In this document: piece by piece, positions 11,275-23,368 of the stretch | How positions within the stretch are numbered: position 1 is the first letter of the stretch | Layout: each line of letters begins with the position of its first letter | Origin: Phoronis australis | Lineage: Eukaryota > Animalia > Phoronida | DNA: 64,000 bases | Direction of reading: 5' to 3' | Assembly: GCA_002633005.1 (NCBI GenBank) | Contig: NMRA01000023.1 | Location: 50,738-114,737, forward strand | Notes under the pieces: model-generated | Told to the model about the DNA's origin: nothing | Seen by the model: the letters and a program-made list of their open reading frames with translations, nothing else | Databases searched by the model: none | Made by a program: the position numbers and the translations under genes

Positions 11275-11746
11275 GCAGTAACTACAGATATATACTGTGA
11301 CAGATCTAGGATGTTTAGACTATTGTTCAATATGCAGTAACTACAGATATATACTATGACAGATCTAGGATGTTTAGACTATTGTTCAATATGCAGTAAC
11401 TACAGACATATACTATGACAGATCTAAGATGTTTAGACTATTGTTCAATATGCAGTAACTACAGACGTGTACTATGACAGATCTAGGATGTTTAGACTAT
11501 TGTTCAATATGCAGTAACTACAGACATATATTATGACAGATCTAGGATGTTTAGACTATTGTTCAATATGCAGTAACTACAGATATATACTATGACGGAT
11601 CTAGGATGTTTAGACTATTTTTCAATATGCAGTAACTACAGACATATACTTTGACGGATCTAGGATGTTTAGACTATTGTTCAATATGCAGTAACTACAG
11701 ATATATACTATGACGGATCTAGGATGTTTAGACTATTGTTCAGTAT
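11275..11746. repeat. 59-bp minisatellite, 8 copies
   Basis: Unit gcagtaactacagatatatactatgacagatctaggatgtttagactattgttcaatat, exact 59-bp period, head-to-tail with no spacers. Confidence 0.95.
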
Positions 11747-12409
11747 TAATCACTAATTAACTGTAACCTTCTTGAATGTTCTCTAATATGTTGGAAACAA
11801 ATTACCCCTGACCTGACATGATGGGTCATATCAATCAAGTGCTGTCAGCTAGTTTATAAATAGAATAGCAAAGTAAATCTTATAGAACTAAGAACAGTGT
11901 GACCCGAATGTACTTCTGGCAAGTACCAATCCCCAAATTTTGTTTTTATGCAGTTGGGTTATTAAAGAACCATAAATAAATTAATTTGCCTTCTTGCAGA
12001 AGAAGATAGTAGAAAAAGTTTTAAAAAATAGGTAAGATAAGATTAAACGGATCAAAATTGGTGTCTTTTTAATATGTTTGTAGAATTTTTCTTAAGCTGA
12101 AAAATTCGGAAATTGGTGGAAAAATCCATTAGAGAAATCAACAGTAAAGACTGCGTCGTCAGCTTATGTCAGTGGGTCATGACACCAGTTATTTTCGCTT
12201 TTTCTCCGGCGCCGAGCTGAACCGACAAACACTAGTATTGATGGTTACTCAAGTATACAGATTTAAAGAAAAAATAACAATAAAGACTGTGTCGTCAGTG
12301 TAATGCATTTTTTATTTTAGTGTGTCACCAGCGCCGAGCTGGGCTGACATACAACGTTATTGGTTGTTACTCAAGTAAACAATGTTATTGGTTGTAACTC
12401 AAGTAAACA

Positions 12410-13737
12410 ATTGTAAAAAGCTATTCGATATGAGATCCGGGTGCTTACACACAAATCAGTCGAACGTAGACCACAAAACAATACGCAAACAATGACACTT
12501 TGATACAGTCTAGAAGCACGTAGAAGGGTAATACTAAGAATTGACAATAGGACAAAACTTTTTATACAAATCTATGATAAATATAAATTCCATCGATACT
12601 GCTTTATAAACTCTTTTTGACAAGGTGTAAGTCGCCAAAATGAATGAGACAGAAAAAATTGGATGGTCTACATACACATGAAGAAGTCACACAATGCTTG
12701 AAAAAAATGAAAACCAACAAAAGCCCTGGCTCCAGTGGTCCTTCTGTGGGAGGCAGACATTAGACATGTCGTTGTTCGCTCACTTAATACTGGTTTTGCT
12801 GTTGGTCAGTTATCATTAACACAGGAAGAGGGCGTGATTACCTGTATCCCTACGGGAGCAGATAAAAGTAAATACTATTTGAAAACTGGAGACGTATATC
12901 CTTACGTGACATATAAAATGACTTCTTCGGCTGTGGTTGAGCGTTTAAAATCCGTATTTGGACCAGACAGGTTTTGTTTCCGGAAGAAATATGAACGAAA
13001 ATATTAGCGTGCTATATGATCAAATGTTTTATGCCTAGTCAGCTAACAAACTCGGATTGCTCTTACTGATCGATTTTGAGAAAGCATTTCATTCATTGTC
13101 GTGGAATTTTATACAAAAAATCTTTGTCTATCCTTAATTTTGGTTGGTCGATCAGAAGGTGGGCAAAAGTCTTTCATAGTATTATTAAGTCGTGTGTTTT
13201 AAATGGTCGCCCATCTTCCTCAGTGGTGGCCCCCTGTCTCCCTACATCTTTATAGTGTGCACAGAGATTTTGACATAATAAAAATATTGCGGGTGTAGTT
13301 GTAGGAAATAAGGAATATATAAATTCGCATAATGATCAATTACTTTGGATGGGACAAATTTGTCATTGAATAGCACGTTGAATGCAGCACATTTGTTTGC
13401 TGGTGTCTCCGGTCTCCAAGTGAATGTGGAAGTAAAATTGGTAGTAATGACGTGATTCCTAAGACAAAAAACTTTTAGATTATTGGGGGTGGATTTCGAT
13501 ACTGAATTGGTTAGCATGACGCATAGGAACTGCAAGAGTGACTGAGATAAAGTCTTTATTAAAAATTGGAGTCTACGAAATTTAACTCCGTTAAAACTTC
13601 AGATATTTCGAAACATAATTTTTTGTTGTCAAGTTTACCAAATTCACCTGTAGAGATCTTGGATGAATTGAATACGACACAGCTGTCCCAAGGCACCTGA
13701 AAAAAGGCATATCTGACAGAGAGTACTTTCAACAAAG
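12410..13737 (+). mobile_element. Decayed L1/Tx1-clade LINE reverse transcriptase region
   Basis: Broken-frame motifs CLKKMKTNKSPGSSG, GVITCIP, NWRRISL, DQTGF, LLLIDFEKAF, PLSPYIFIVCTEIL, FAGVSGLQVN, FRLLGVDF. Confidence 0.85.
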
Positions 13738-14084
13738 CAGTGGCGGATCTAGGATACCACAAGGGGGGGGGGCGCCACTTTGTTTCGGGCAATCGCGTAA
13801 AGCACGACTGCATGCGCGCAAGTAGCCTGAAATGAAGGACGGCTTGGACTTCTGAGAATGTGGATCTCCTTGCTAAAGCATTCGCACGACTAAAAAAAAC
13901 TGGGTCACGCTTGCTGCACGTTGTTTCGCCGGCTTCGTCATTACCAGGATTAATTAATAAACTCAATATTTCCACACGCTATTGCTGTCTCTTCCTGTTT
14001 TATTTTTTTGGCGGCAGCCANNNNNNNNNNNNNNNNGGGGGGGGGGGGGAGGTGTGGACCCCCTGCCCCCTAAATCCTCCTATG
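13738..14084. mobile_element. MITE (CAGTGGCGGATCTAGG...CCTAAATCCTCCTATG) with 5-bp TSD CAAAG
   Basis: Imperfect TIRs, poly-G subterminal tracts (one contains the N gap), TSD at 13733-13737 and 14085-14089. Confidence 0.75.
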
Positions 14085-14906
14085 CAAAGCCATGTCTTTT
14101 TGCCTTGCTACGTCCCTTGGAACATGTCAGAAGTGACCAGAAATTGCGATTTTGGCTTTTTGGACCTAAAATTATTACAGATTCACGATTGCCGTGGTGC
14201 ACGAGAAAAGACTATAATCAGAATGCTCTCCCACCCTAGATTCCAGAAATTTTCACTTGTCTGAAAGGTACCTGGATTCGCGCCAAGAGTCAACACTGAA
14301 CAAAGGTGTTCTCTGAAAACGGCGGCACTTCAGAATCCGGGTAGACCGTGCAAGAGCAGATGCCAAATTTCTGGACTCAGTTTACTCAAAACAACGTCAA
14401 GGAACTACTGAATACCATTCGTGGAAATCGCTTCCCGTTTAGTCCACAGAAACTTCATTTTTTGGGGCAGCTACAAATGCCCGTACTGTGGCCTTAGACT
14501 CAGACAATCCGGTAATTCTATATATTTATGCATTCTATGGCTGAAAATACTGACTATGACTAACACGACTGACAAACGCAGATATTTGTTTTAAAATGAG
14601 ACTTTGCAGGCGACGTTCAATGACAAATCATTATTATTTATTTGGACTTTCTATCTAGTATACGTCACGTTTGAATCGAACTTTAGCTTTGCATTGTTCA
14701 GAAAATTGACCAAAGTAACGGAAAGCTTTGTAGGCGAATAGATTCAACGGTCTCTGATAGTACTGGGATATTCAAACATGTTTCGCGTAAGATAGCATTA
14801 CCCTCTCGCTATAAATATCTGTATTTATGTGGAACATATGTCCGGAGTAAAATGCGTGCGTCACAAGCTCCTTACCGGAGAAGAAAAAGAAACCGAGGTT
14901 GCCGAA

Positions 14907-15005
14907 ATAAGTACACAAAACGTACCGAGCGTGGCGATACGCGGACTAATGTCTCGTGAGATATTACTTTATCAACGACACTTTCGGTACGTTTTGTGTA
15001 TTTAT
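14907..15005. repeat. Imperfect ~100-bp palindrome
   Basis: Outer arms ataagtacacaaaacgtaccga / tcggtacgttttgtgtatttat (1 mismatch) around an inner palindrome taatgtctcgtgagatatta. Confidence 0.75.
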
Positions 15006-15469
15006 CCTATACGCGTGATAGTACTACTTTTCCATATTCAATCAGCGGTGAATACGGATCAGTGCCTTCTTTTTAGCCAAAATTCCCTACTCTGCACACA
15101 GTACACTACAATCAGCGGAAACATGATGGTGTATACAGCATCACTTTGGGTCCAGCCCCGTGCGCAATATTTTCGTATGTCAATACTATGATATGCGTTT
15201 TTGAAACTAAACAGTAAAGTGTGACTAGAAAGATTATTGTCACGGCATGACAATAATGGACTCTGTGTATTAAACGAATTCTTATGGGAAGTTACTGACA
15301 GCAACCCGTTAACCAATTTGAAAAGGAATTATTTAAAACTGTAGAAAAAATAACATGTTAATATTTTGATGACCTTTACACTAATTAACCTCTCTCGGTG
15401 CATTATGAGCCCGGATGAGGGAATAATTGTAAACTCGATTAAAAGTGTGGTTAATGATAAGAATCACAG

Positions 15470-16359
15470 ATGTTTTACTTTGGTGTGGATTGCTTTGGGC
15501 CCTTTCTGGTCAAAAGGGGCCGTGGTAGAGAAAGGCGCTATGGTTGTTTATTTACTTGTCTCACATTTAGAGGCATTCATATTGAGAAGCTGTATTCGTT
15601 AGACGCTGACTCATTTATTAATGCCCTCATGAGATTTATTTCCAGGCGAGGTGTCCCCGAGAAGCTGAGTTCAATTTCGTAGACTATGAAAAGGAGATTC
15701 GTGAATCGATCCGCAAGTGGAATGAAAGTCATCAGTGTCAAGACAGCATGTTGATACGTCAGATCGAGTGGAAGTTTAATCCTCCGTTGGCTTCGCACAT
15801 GGGGGGTGTTTGGGAGCACCAAATTCGTTCAGTGCGGAACGTGTTGAATGTGCTGCTTCGCAACGAAGTCCTCGACGACGAACGACTCTGTACTGTGTTT
15901 TGTGAGGTCGAGAACCCTGTCAATAGCAGACCTTTAACTGTGACGTCAGACAATCCGAACGATTTTGAATCCTCTAACCCCTAATGATTTGCTACGCCCG
16001 TCTAAAGGTTTTGTAGTCCCTCCAGGTAATTTTGACGCTAAGGATATGTTCTGTCGTAGGTGGCGCAGTGTGAAGTTTGTGTACGACCAGTTTTGGCGCA
16101 GATAGGTGAAGGAATATTTTCCTACCGACTCTGCAGATTCGTAGGAAATGGCTTGGCCGGTGTTAAACAAAATTTAAATGTAGGTGATGTTGTACTTGTT
16201 GCAGATGAGAGTTTACCTCGCAATTGTTGGAAACTGGGTCGAGTACTGGAGACATTTCCTGATAAGGAGGGTCTCATGAGAACTGTCCGAGTTAAGACTG
16301 CTAGTTCTTCCTTGATTAGACCTATTACCAAGCTTTGTCTGCTTGAATCATCCGTTTAG
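15470..16359 (+). mobile_element. BEL/Pao LTR retrotransposon integrase and C-terminal (DUF5641-like) remnant
   Basis: GVDCFGPFLVKRGR...RYGCLFTCL...DSFINALMRFISRRG; WKFNPPLASHMGGVWE; EVENPVNSRPLT; VGDVVLVADESLPRNCWKLGRV...RPITKLCLLE. Several frameshifts. Confidence 0.92.
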
Positions 16360-16408
16360 GTTTAGGTTTTTAGAAATGCTTAAAGTGGAATTCGCATTTT
16401 GGGGCCGG

Positions 16409-16906
16409 TGTTTCGGATGATTTGCAGGTTATTGTGTTCATTATGTATTTTACTTGAAATGTGAGGTCTTTTGTTTTGCTTAGCGTTAGTTTGCTGCCTC
16501 GCCCCTAGGCACTTTCTAGTCTATTGTTTCACTGGTTTGCCATTTCACTCTGCCCGCATCATTTGAAGAGTCGAAGTCGCTTACTGTTGTCGTGTACTAG
16601 TGAGAGTTTTCTTTCGTTATCTGTATCATTTGCTTTGTTTTGTACGCAGTTAGTACATTTTCATTTCTCTTAGTTTGTATATTTGTGTAGATAGCATTGT
16701 ATTTAATTTGCTGTATTTTTGTGTATAATTTGTTTGCATGGTCTGTTTTGTGTGTCTTTTGTTGGCCACGCCCCGTGTCAGCCATTTCGTTAATTAAGTG
16801 TTTCTTGCTCTTTGCAGACAGGATTCGATCAAGTTTTGTATGGTACTCAGAAGTACTCAGACTTTATTTTCGCTGTGTTCATGGGCTACCCTTGGGCCAC
16901 GGAACA
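16409..16906 (+). mobile_element. 3' LTR of the BEL/Pao element (~500 bp)
   Basis: Follows a PPT-like GGGGCCGG; begins TGTTTCG and ends CGGAACA (imperfect terminal inverted repeat). Confidence 0.7.
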
Positions 16907-18379
16907 GAAATAAAGATCACTATACCATAACATTCTTTCGTATTTTCACACGGCAACAATCAGTTTTATTTAGTTATTTTATTAAGGATTTCATAATTGT
17001 TCAAATTGTTTAGCCAGCCAGCTATGTGCTGCGGAACCAGTCGATCACTGCGAGCGGGACTCCGCTTGGCCGCTTTCATTGTGCGCCTACATAGCCTACA
17101 CAATCCCCTTGAAGAAATACCTTAACATGCAATTCACGATCATTCAAAAGGAAAAATTTGATCGGTTGATATCCTAAAACACAAAGGTTAGCCATGTTTT
17201 TGTCAACAGCCTCCTTGGTCAACCCTTATGTCAAGCGTTGGTTTCGAATTTCACTATGATGGCAGGCGCGCACGACGCTTTAGGGGGGGGGGGGGTGAGA
17301 ACAATCCTAGTGGACACCAGTTTTGCCTCCGCCGCTCCATCACTACCCATCTTCGCCCCGAGTTCGACACTGACCAATTTTACGTCAGTCCCCTGCATCC
17401 GCCCTCGACAGCTTTTTACTTGCTTTTGACACCTATTTGTTCGCATGAGCGGTGGTGCTGGTCACCAACTTATACAAGTGGGGGTCAAGAGCCACCCTGG
17501 CCTCCTGCCTCATACCTCTGTGTAGCAAAGTATTAATTATGGATAAAGAACAAACAGGGTAGAGTTCAGTAACACTAGGATCTGCGAGATTACTGAGATA
17601 TTGCCGTGTGTTTTAACATGTGATTTTGTCTAGATCGGAAGTCCAAGCGTAGGTCCTAGAGTCACCGACAAGTATACCCAAGCCGAAAAAGATCCCTATC
17701 TCTGTAAGCAATATCATGACACCAATTTCAAAAGAAAAAACGACTAATTTTGATTTCCGTTTTAGCCATCTTCCCCACTAAATAAGATTGGTCCAAACCC
17801 CGCCAGTCAGGGTAAACTGTGGGGTTTGGAAAATAGCGGAGTTGCAACGCCGCCATATTGGAAATGGGTCAGAATGTTGCATTGTGGTTAAGCCGGTAAA
17901 CAAGTACGTCGGCAAGCGTGCGAACCGGCCACAGGGAGGTTATACGTGTTGTGTGCCTGGCATGCTATAATACCAGTTAGCGAAATAAAAAATTTAGTTA
18001 CTACCTGTTTCCCAAGGATCAAGAACTGCGTTAAACATGGGTCAGAGACATCCGTAGAGCTCGGGTAGCAAAGGCCGACTTCGTGAATTCTTTCCGACTT
18101 CGTAGCATAAAGTGAGCAGCGCTCATTTTGAGGGCGGCAAGAAAACGTATCTTAGAAACTGCCCAACAATATCTCCCTTCAAAGAAACAGTAAAAAATAC
18201 TCCACGGCGGTTGGTAGTGAAAAAAAAAAACTTGTTTTCGCTTGACCAGAACCAAGCCAACATGAGCAATTTTGAGGATAATGCCTCTGCACAATCACCT
18301 GTTCTGGGTCGACTCACTTAACGTATGCACACTATAAGCATTACGCGCTAAGATAAAGCGTGCAGATTATTATTATTTA

Positions 18380-20519
18380 CTTTCTACAAAATTGTGGTAC
18401 ATTGCTATCAAAATTCGTTGTTAAATTACGATCATTTTTCATAAAATTTTGTTGAAGTTCCAGGGCGAAATCTTGCCGACAAATGCGTAGCTGCTGGTCT
18501 CGCAATCGTCGATAGGGCTTGAATTCTTAAATAAGAATACAGCTTTGACTCAACAAATTACCTGAAATCCTCCTCAAGTTTTCCAAATAGCGTCTCTAAG
18601 ATTTTTAAGTTCTTGTGAAGTCTGGATTAACTGCAGATTAAGTCCAAATCTACGCTAGATTGTAGCACGCAACCCGAGAAAAATCTCTGTGGGAACACAT
18701 GTTGTTGTCACGTGACGTTTGTTTTGAAGTTTGTATGCGTGTGTGTGAGGGTAAGCGTGCGTGTGCTTATCAGAGTTCATTTGCCAGAGTAATGTAATGA
18801 TCTAGGTGTGCATTGTATCCAAAAAAAATAAGTCAAGCAGTCAAGCAGAGCGTGTTTTAATATTTACGGCTTAGCACTTGCTGGCCTCATCTGCTAAAAA
18901 CGTTCGAGAATTTTTTCGGTAAGACCGACATGTCACTCATTGAGTCGCCGGGTGAGTGGATGCGTGACCGTAGTGTAACAGCTATTTCCCGGAAGATTTG
19001 GGGTGTAAGGGTGCGAAGTGGGTCATTTTGACCTTAAAAACACCAATTATGATTAGTTAAATAATTTCTCTTAAAAATAATGCAGAAGCTTTTTACGGTA
19101 TTGGAAACTTTCGGAAATTAGTGCCAATATTTATTTGCCGATGCTATGTTACCCGATTAATCTTCGATGACAGTCGGTACATTATGCAGCGCGCGCTTCT
19201 TGGTCGCGTGCTAACACTGGTCGAGTTTTTTTTAAGTTAGTCTAGAACTAGACCGTATTTATCCACCTTGGCTGAGTTGCGCTCGGCTCACGATCAAAGG
19301 GATGCCGCCAAGCTGCTCTAGTCATCGAGTCACGAGCGAGGATAATTGGCTTTTCTCATGCGGATATGATCAGCTGATTACAATCTAGCTAGCAGACTGT
19401 ACTTTTTATGGAGAGAGTTTTACGTAGTTTTTACTGTAATATTTGAAAAGAGCGAAAAAAATATAAGTACAACTTTGAGTTTTTCAAATTGCCCCAGGAT
19501 AAGAGATTTTGAAACACAGCAACAGTCACGATTACTTTCATTCGGTGCGCACTAACACAAAAATATAGGACCCAAGTTATTTAGATTTTGGAACACATGC
19601 ATTACGATATTCAAAATACGTTTATTATGAATCTTACAAGCTGTAAAACGATGTTGATCAATTTCATTGTGCTCATTCATTGTCATCCGTCAAATCGGAA
19701 ATTTCCGAGATGTGATCTGCGGCATGCGCGTATGTGTACAAAACACGTGCTTGTTATGTTACTGAAGTACGAAAATTAAGAAACCTTAACATACCGTTAT
19801 TATTGACAGGGACACGATAAAACGAATTTGGATTTTGACTATAGTCTTGATACAGCGAGATGGCTGACCACTGCGTCAGTGTCTCCGTTAGACCCAGAAA
19901 TTTCACACAGCCCGGGTAGTTCACCTCATCCCCAAAATGTAGGTCGAGCCTTGGACTATTTTAATATTAGTATTAAAATACTCCACGGTAGAGCTAACGA
20001 CCGTCGGCCTGTGCACACAAAATCTGTGAGTTAACCAGCACTCACCTTGCACGTTGCAGCCGTTTAAACGAAAAAACAATCTAGTAAACGCCATTTTCTT
20101 GACTAATCCTCCACCTTTTGTAACAAAAAGTCTGTAGCCGATGACCCGCACACGCACGCTCACTTACTCTCATACGCAGACGAACTTCAAAGCAAACGTC
20201 ACGTGGCAACAACATGTGTGTTCATCCACAGATTTTTCTCGTGTTGTGGGGTACGATGTAGCGCAGATTTGGGCTTAATCGCAATTAATCTGGACTCCAC
20301 ATGAACTTAAAAATTGTAAAACATAAGGAAGATTTCAGGTAATTTGTTGAGTCGAAACTCTCAGTATATTTTTATTCAAGTATTCAAGTTTTCCTATTGA
20401 CGATCGCGATTCAGCGACGTATCAGTCGGCAAGTTTTCGCCCTGTGATGAGCACAATTTTTTGAAACATGATCATGAACAACGGAGTTTGATAGCAATGC
20501 ACCACAATTTTGTAGAAAG
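18380..20519. mobile_element. Non-autonomous element with long (~380 bp) diverged inverted repeats (18380-18766 and about 20147-20519)
   Basis: Colinear reverse-complement blocks such as ctttctacaaaattgtggt / accacaattttgtagaaag, gactcaacaaattacctgaaatc / gatttcaggtaatttgttgagtc and cacgtgacgtttg / caaacgtcacgtg. No transposase ORF inside. Confidence 0.75.
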
Positions 20520-20807
20520 ACTGTCATAGGCTACAAATACGTCACAGAGCGTAAATTTGATGAATCCTAGCTTCCGATTTTACCCGTTTGGGAAACCGGG
20601 TTTCAACTGCCTTAGGCTCAGTACAATAAGCGTCAGCTCCCCGTTAAAGGAGCATGCCACCCAAAAAACAAACTAATTTGTATCAGTTAAGATCGAGTAG
20701 TTCTACTCCATAACGACACGTACGGTTGCGTTACCTGACACCTAACGGCAGGCGGAGGTGTTGAAATTATCCAATGACGTCATCGGTTTAACACGCAGTC
20801 TGTTCAG

Positions 20808-21078
20808 CGGAGGCAGCGCAGGCAGGCCCAGGCGTAGCACATAGGCGGGCAACAGCCGAGCTGCCGGAGGCAGCGCAGGCAGGCTCAGGCGTAGCACTTA
20901 GGCGGGCCTCAGCCGAGCTGCCGCAGGCAGCGCAGGCAGGTGCGGGCGTAGCACTTAGGCGGGCCTCAGCCAAGCTGCCGGAGGCAGAGCACTGGGCAGG
21001 CCCGGGCGTAGCACTTAGGCGGGCCCAGGCCGAGCTGCCGGAGGCAGCGCAGGCAGGCCCGGGCGTAGCACTTAGGCG
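20808..21078. repeat. GC-rich 57-bp tandem repeat, ~4.7 copies (one 60-bp unit)
   Basis: ggcgtagcac recurs at 20831, 20888, 20945, 21005 and 21062. Confidence 0.9.
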
Positions 21079-21083
21079 AGAAA

Positions 21084-21656
21084 ATATTTTCCATTTTGCG
21101 CTACGACGTCTACTTTTTGAATTACTTAAGATTTTCGATACTGTTGTTCCTTCGGTCACCTAGGAAGCACGCAGCTGGCTGGCTTTCAGTTCACTTTGTT
21201 TTGATTGTGCCTAGTTGACCCAGACTGACCCAGACAGCACTGTTCTACTGTAGACTGGACCGTCATGTTGCGCCATCTATTGTTCTTTATTGTAGTTGAT
21301 TGTATGCTCTATCAAAGTAGGTAGAGTTGTGAACAGGCTTTCAGAAGATATTTTCCATTTTGCGCTGCAACGTCTACTTTTGAATTATTCGAGATTTTCG
21401 GATACCGTTGTTCGGCTTTCAGTTCACTTTGTTTTGGTTATGTCTGTACAAGTTAACAGAGAGTTGTGACCCCGACTGACCCAACTAGCACTGTCGTACT
21501 GTAGACTGGAATTCCAGGCCAAATACTAATGTAAACATAACTTTGCTCTGCAGACTGTCACATAGTGCTACCTATTTTGGATTGTGGGAACAAAGCATGG
21601 CTCGTCCGTCATGTTGCGCCATCTATTTTTTTATTGTAGTTGATTGTATGCTCTCA
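21084..21656. repeat. Two tandem, differently deleted copies of a dispersed repeat
   Basis: atattttccattttgcgct...cgtctactttt at 21084 and 21348; ccgtcatgttgcgccatctatt occurs twice. An inverted copy lies at 63663-64000. Confidence 0.8.
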
Positions 21657-23368
21657 ATTTGATTTCTTCGCTAGTCACATGAATGTTATCGTGATATTCA
21701 TAATTGCCGCCTTGATCAGCTTTATAAAAGTTTGTTTAACCCGACGTAACTTTCAAGATTGTGGCTCTGTCTTCTTTTCATTCTTTTTCAATCGTTCTGG
21801 TAACACATTTTTAACGGGAAGAGCAAATGACGTGACTTTTTGCATGTGGATTCCTTGACGTATGTTCTTTCAAATGTTTTGCTATAAAGTTTTTCTCACA
21901 CTTACCGTTATTTGACTTTGAATTGCAAAACAAAAACGCAAAATTTCAATTTTTTCGAAACAACTCTTCGTTTAACGAATAATTAATGTGCTGGCGGTTT
22001 CCAGAATTCATGTGCTATTGTTTGCTTCCAAGGATTTTCCATTTTTGGATTAGATTTGTTGTTTCGAATCATTCGGAGTTTTAGGATGACGCTGCTGCTT
22101 TGTCGACATTCACATACAATTTCAAGTTCCACAAGTCTGTCTTTTTCCGTCATGATCACATTCAATTCAGATTCATGTGTGCTGCAATTTTGTACCAACG
22201 CGGTTGACGATCTGTGAAGACAAAAGAAAGTTTATAGTTTTTTCTTTTGCGCATGAATGATCTAATCGATTTACTGATTATTTTTTTGATTCAAAACTAC
22301 TAGAAAATCCTTCAAGCTGGGTGATGTTTTACATCTGTTGGAGATGAGCGTGATTTGGTGGCGATCATGATTACTCAATACAATTATACCGGCCAATCGT
22401 ATCCATGGGAGCAGTTGCAAAAAATAAGGAAGAGGTTGATTTGAAGAAAAAAGGAGAGCAATAAGTTTAAGGCATCACACCTGGAAGATGCTGTTTGTAC
22501 CTTTTTTGGTACATTACACCCTGGTCATGGTCCATCTGTGACGTTAGCTACGACGTGGTTTGTTGACACATAAAAGTTGGTAGAGGAAGTCGTTGTAAGC
22601 ACTGTGGTGATGGTGTACTGCAAATGTGTGCGAGAAACGCCTCATGTCACAAAAAATGTTTCCGTTTCTATCATATTTTGTTGTTACAACTAAATTGTGT
22701 TAACTCGCAACTTGTGTTTTGTCGTCATGATCAGATTCCATTCAGATTCATATACGTCCCTGTTTTGTGCATACGCTATTGAGAACTGTGAAGACAATAG
22801 AAAAAAGAAAATAAATAGCAAGTAATATTTCTATTAGATAGATTCAACTATATTAATGCACAGCAACGTAAAATAAGATACAAACATTACATAGATAACA
22901 TATCATCGTCTCATAGTGAAAGTGGCAAAGGTAGGAACATACATGTTCATCTACTAGGCGAAGGAATTAGAAGGATGAATCCATCAGTGGTGATAGTATA
23001 CCTCAAACATATTGAACTTTTCTTCCTCAGTCCTTTCTTGTATTCTTGTCTGCTCGCACTTATAAAAATCAGGGTTTTCTAGACACGCAGTATAACCTTT
23101 GGTATTAAAAACAATCAGGAAAGTTTTGCTCAACTATTTGAATGGAACAGAGTAATTGCCAAAAGCCAAAACTGTCAATTCGCAAGTTGACTCGCATGCT
23201 GGTGTATAAAATGCGCATTTTTTACGTGGTGCAACTCACAAGGTTCGGTAATTTGACCATAGGTCAGATAAAGTTTGACGGAGTGATGTTTCATGGACTT
23301 TGCTAAATAGTTCCGTTTGGCATTACTCATCTGGAGTCTTCTCAAAACTGCACACTTGAGTTCCAATA

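Noticed and set aside
10047-11746. CRISPR-like arrays (22-bp and 59-bp repeats)
   Set aside because: Head-to-tail repeats with no unique spacers, no cas genes, and a eukaryotic context.
17228-17536. Overlapping GC-rich ORFs
   Set aside because: They coincide with poly-G, MITE-like decayed sequence; no domain, and no TSD that would let me define the element.
21983-22805. Two similar acceptor-bearing segments (ttgtcttcacAG on minus at about 22212 and 22786) as exons of a gene
   Set aside because: An ~85-bp diverged duplication is real, but the frames contain stops or give no recognisable protein, and I could not chain exons.
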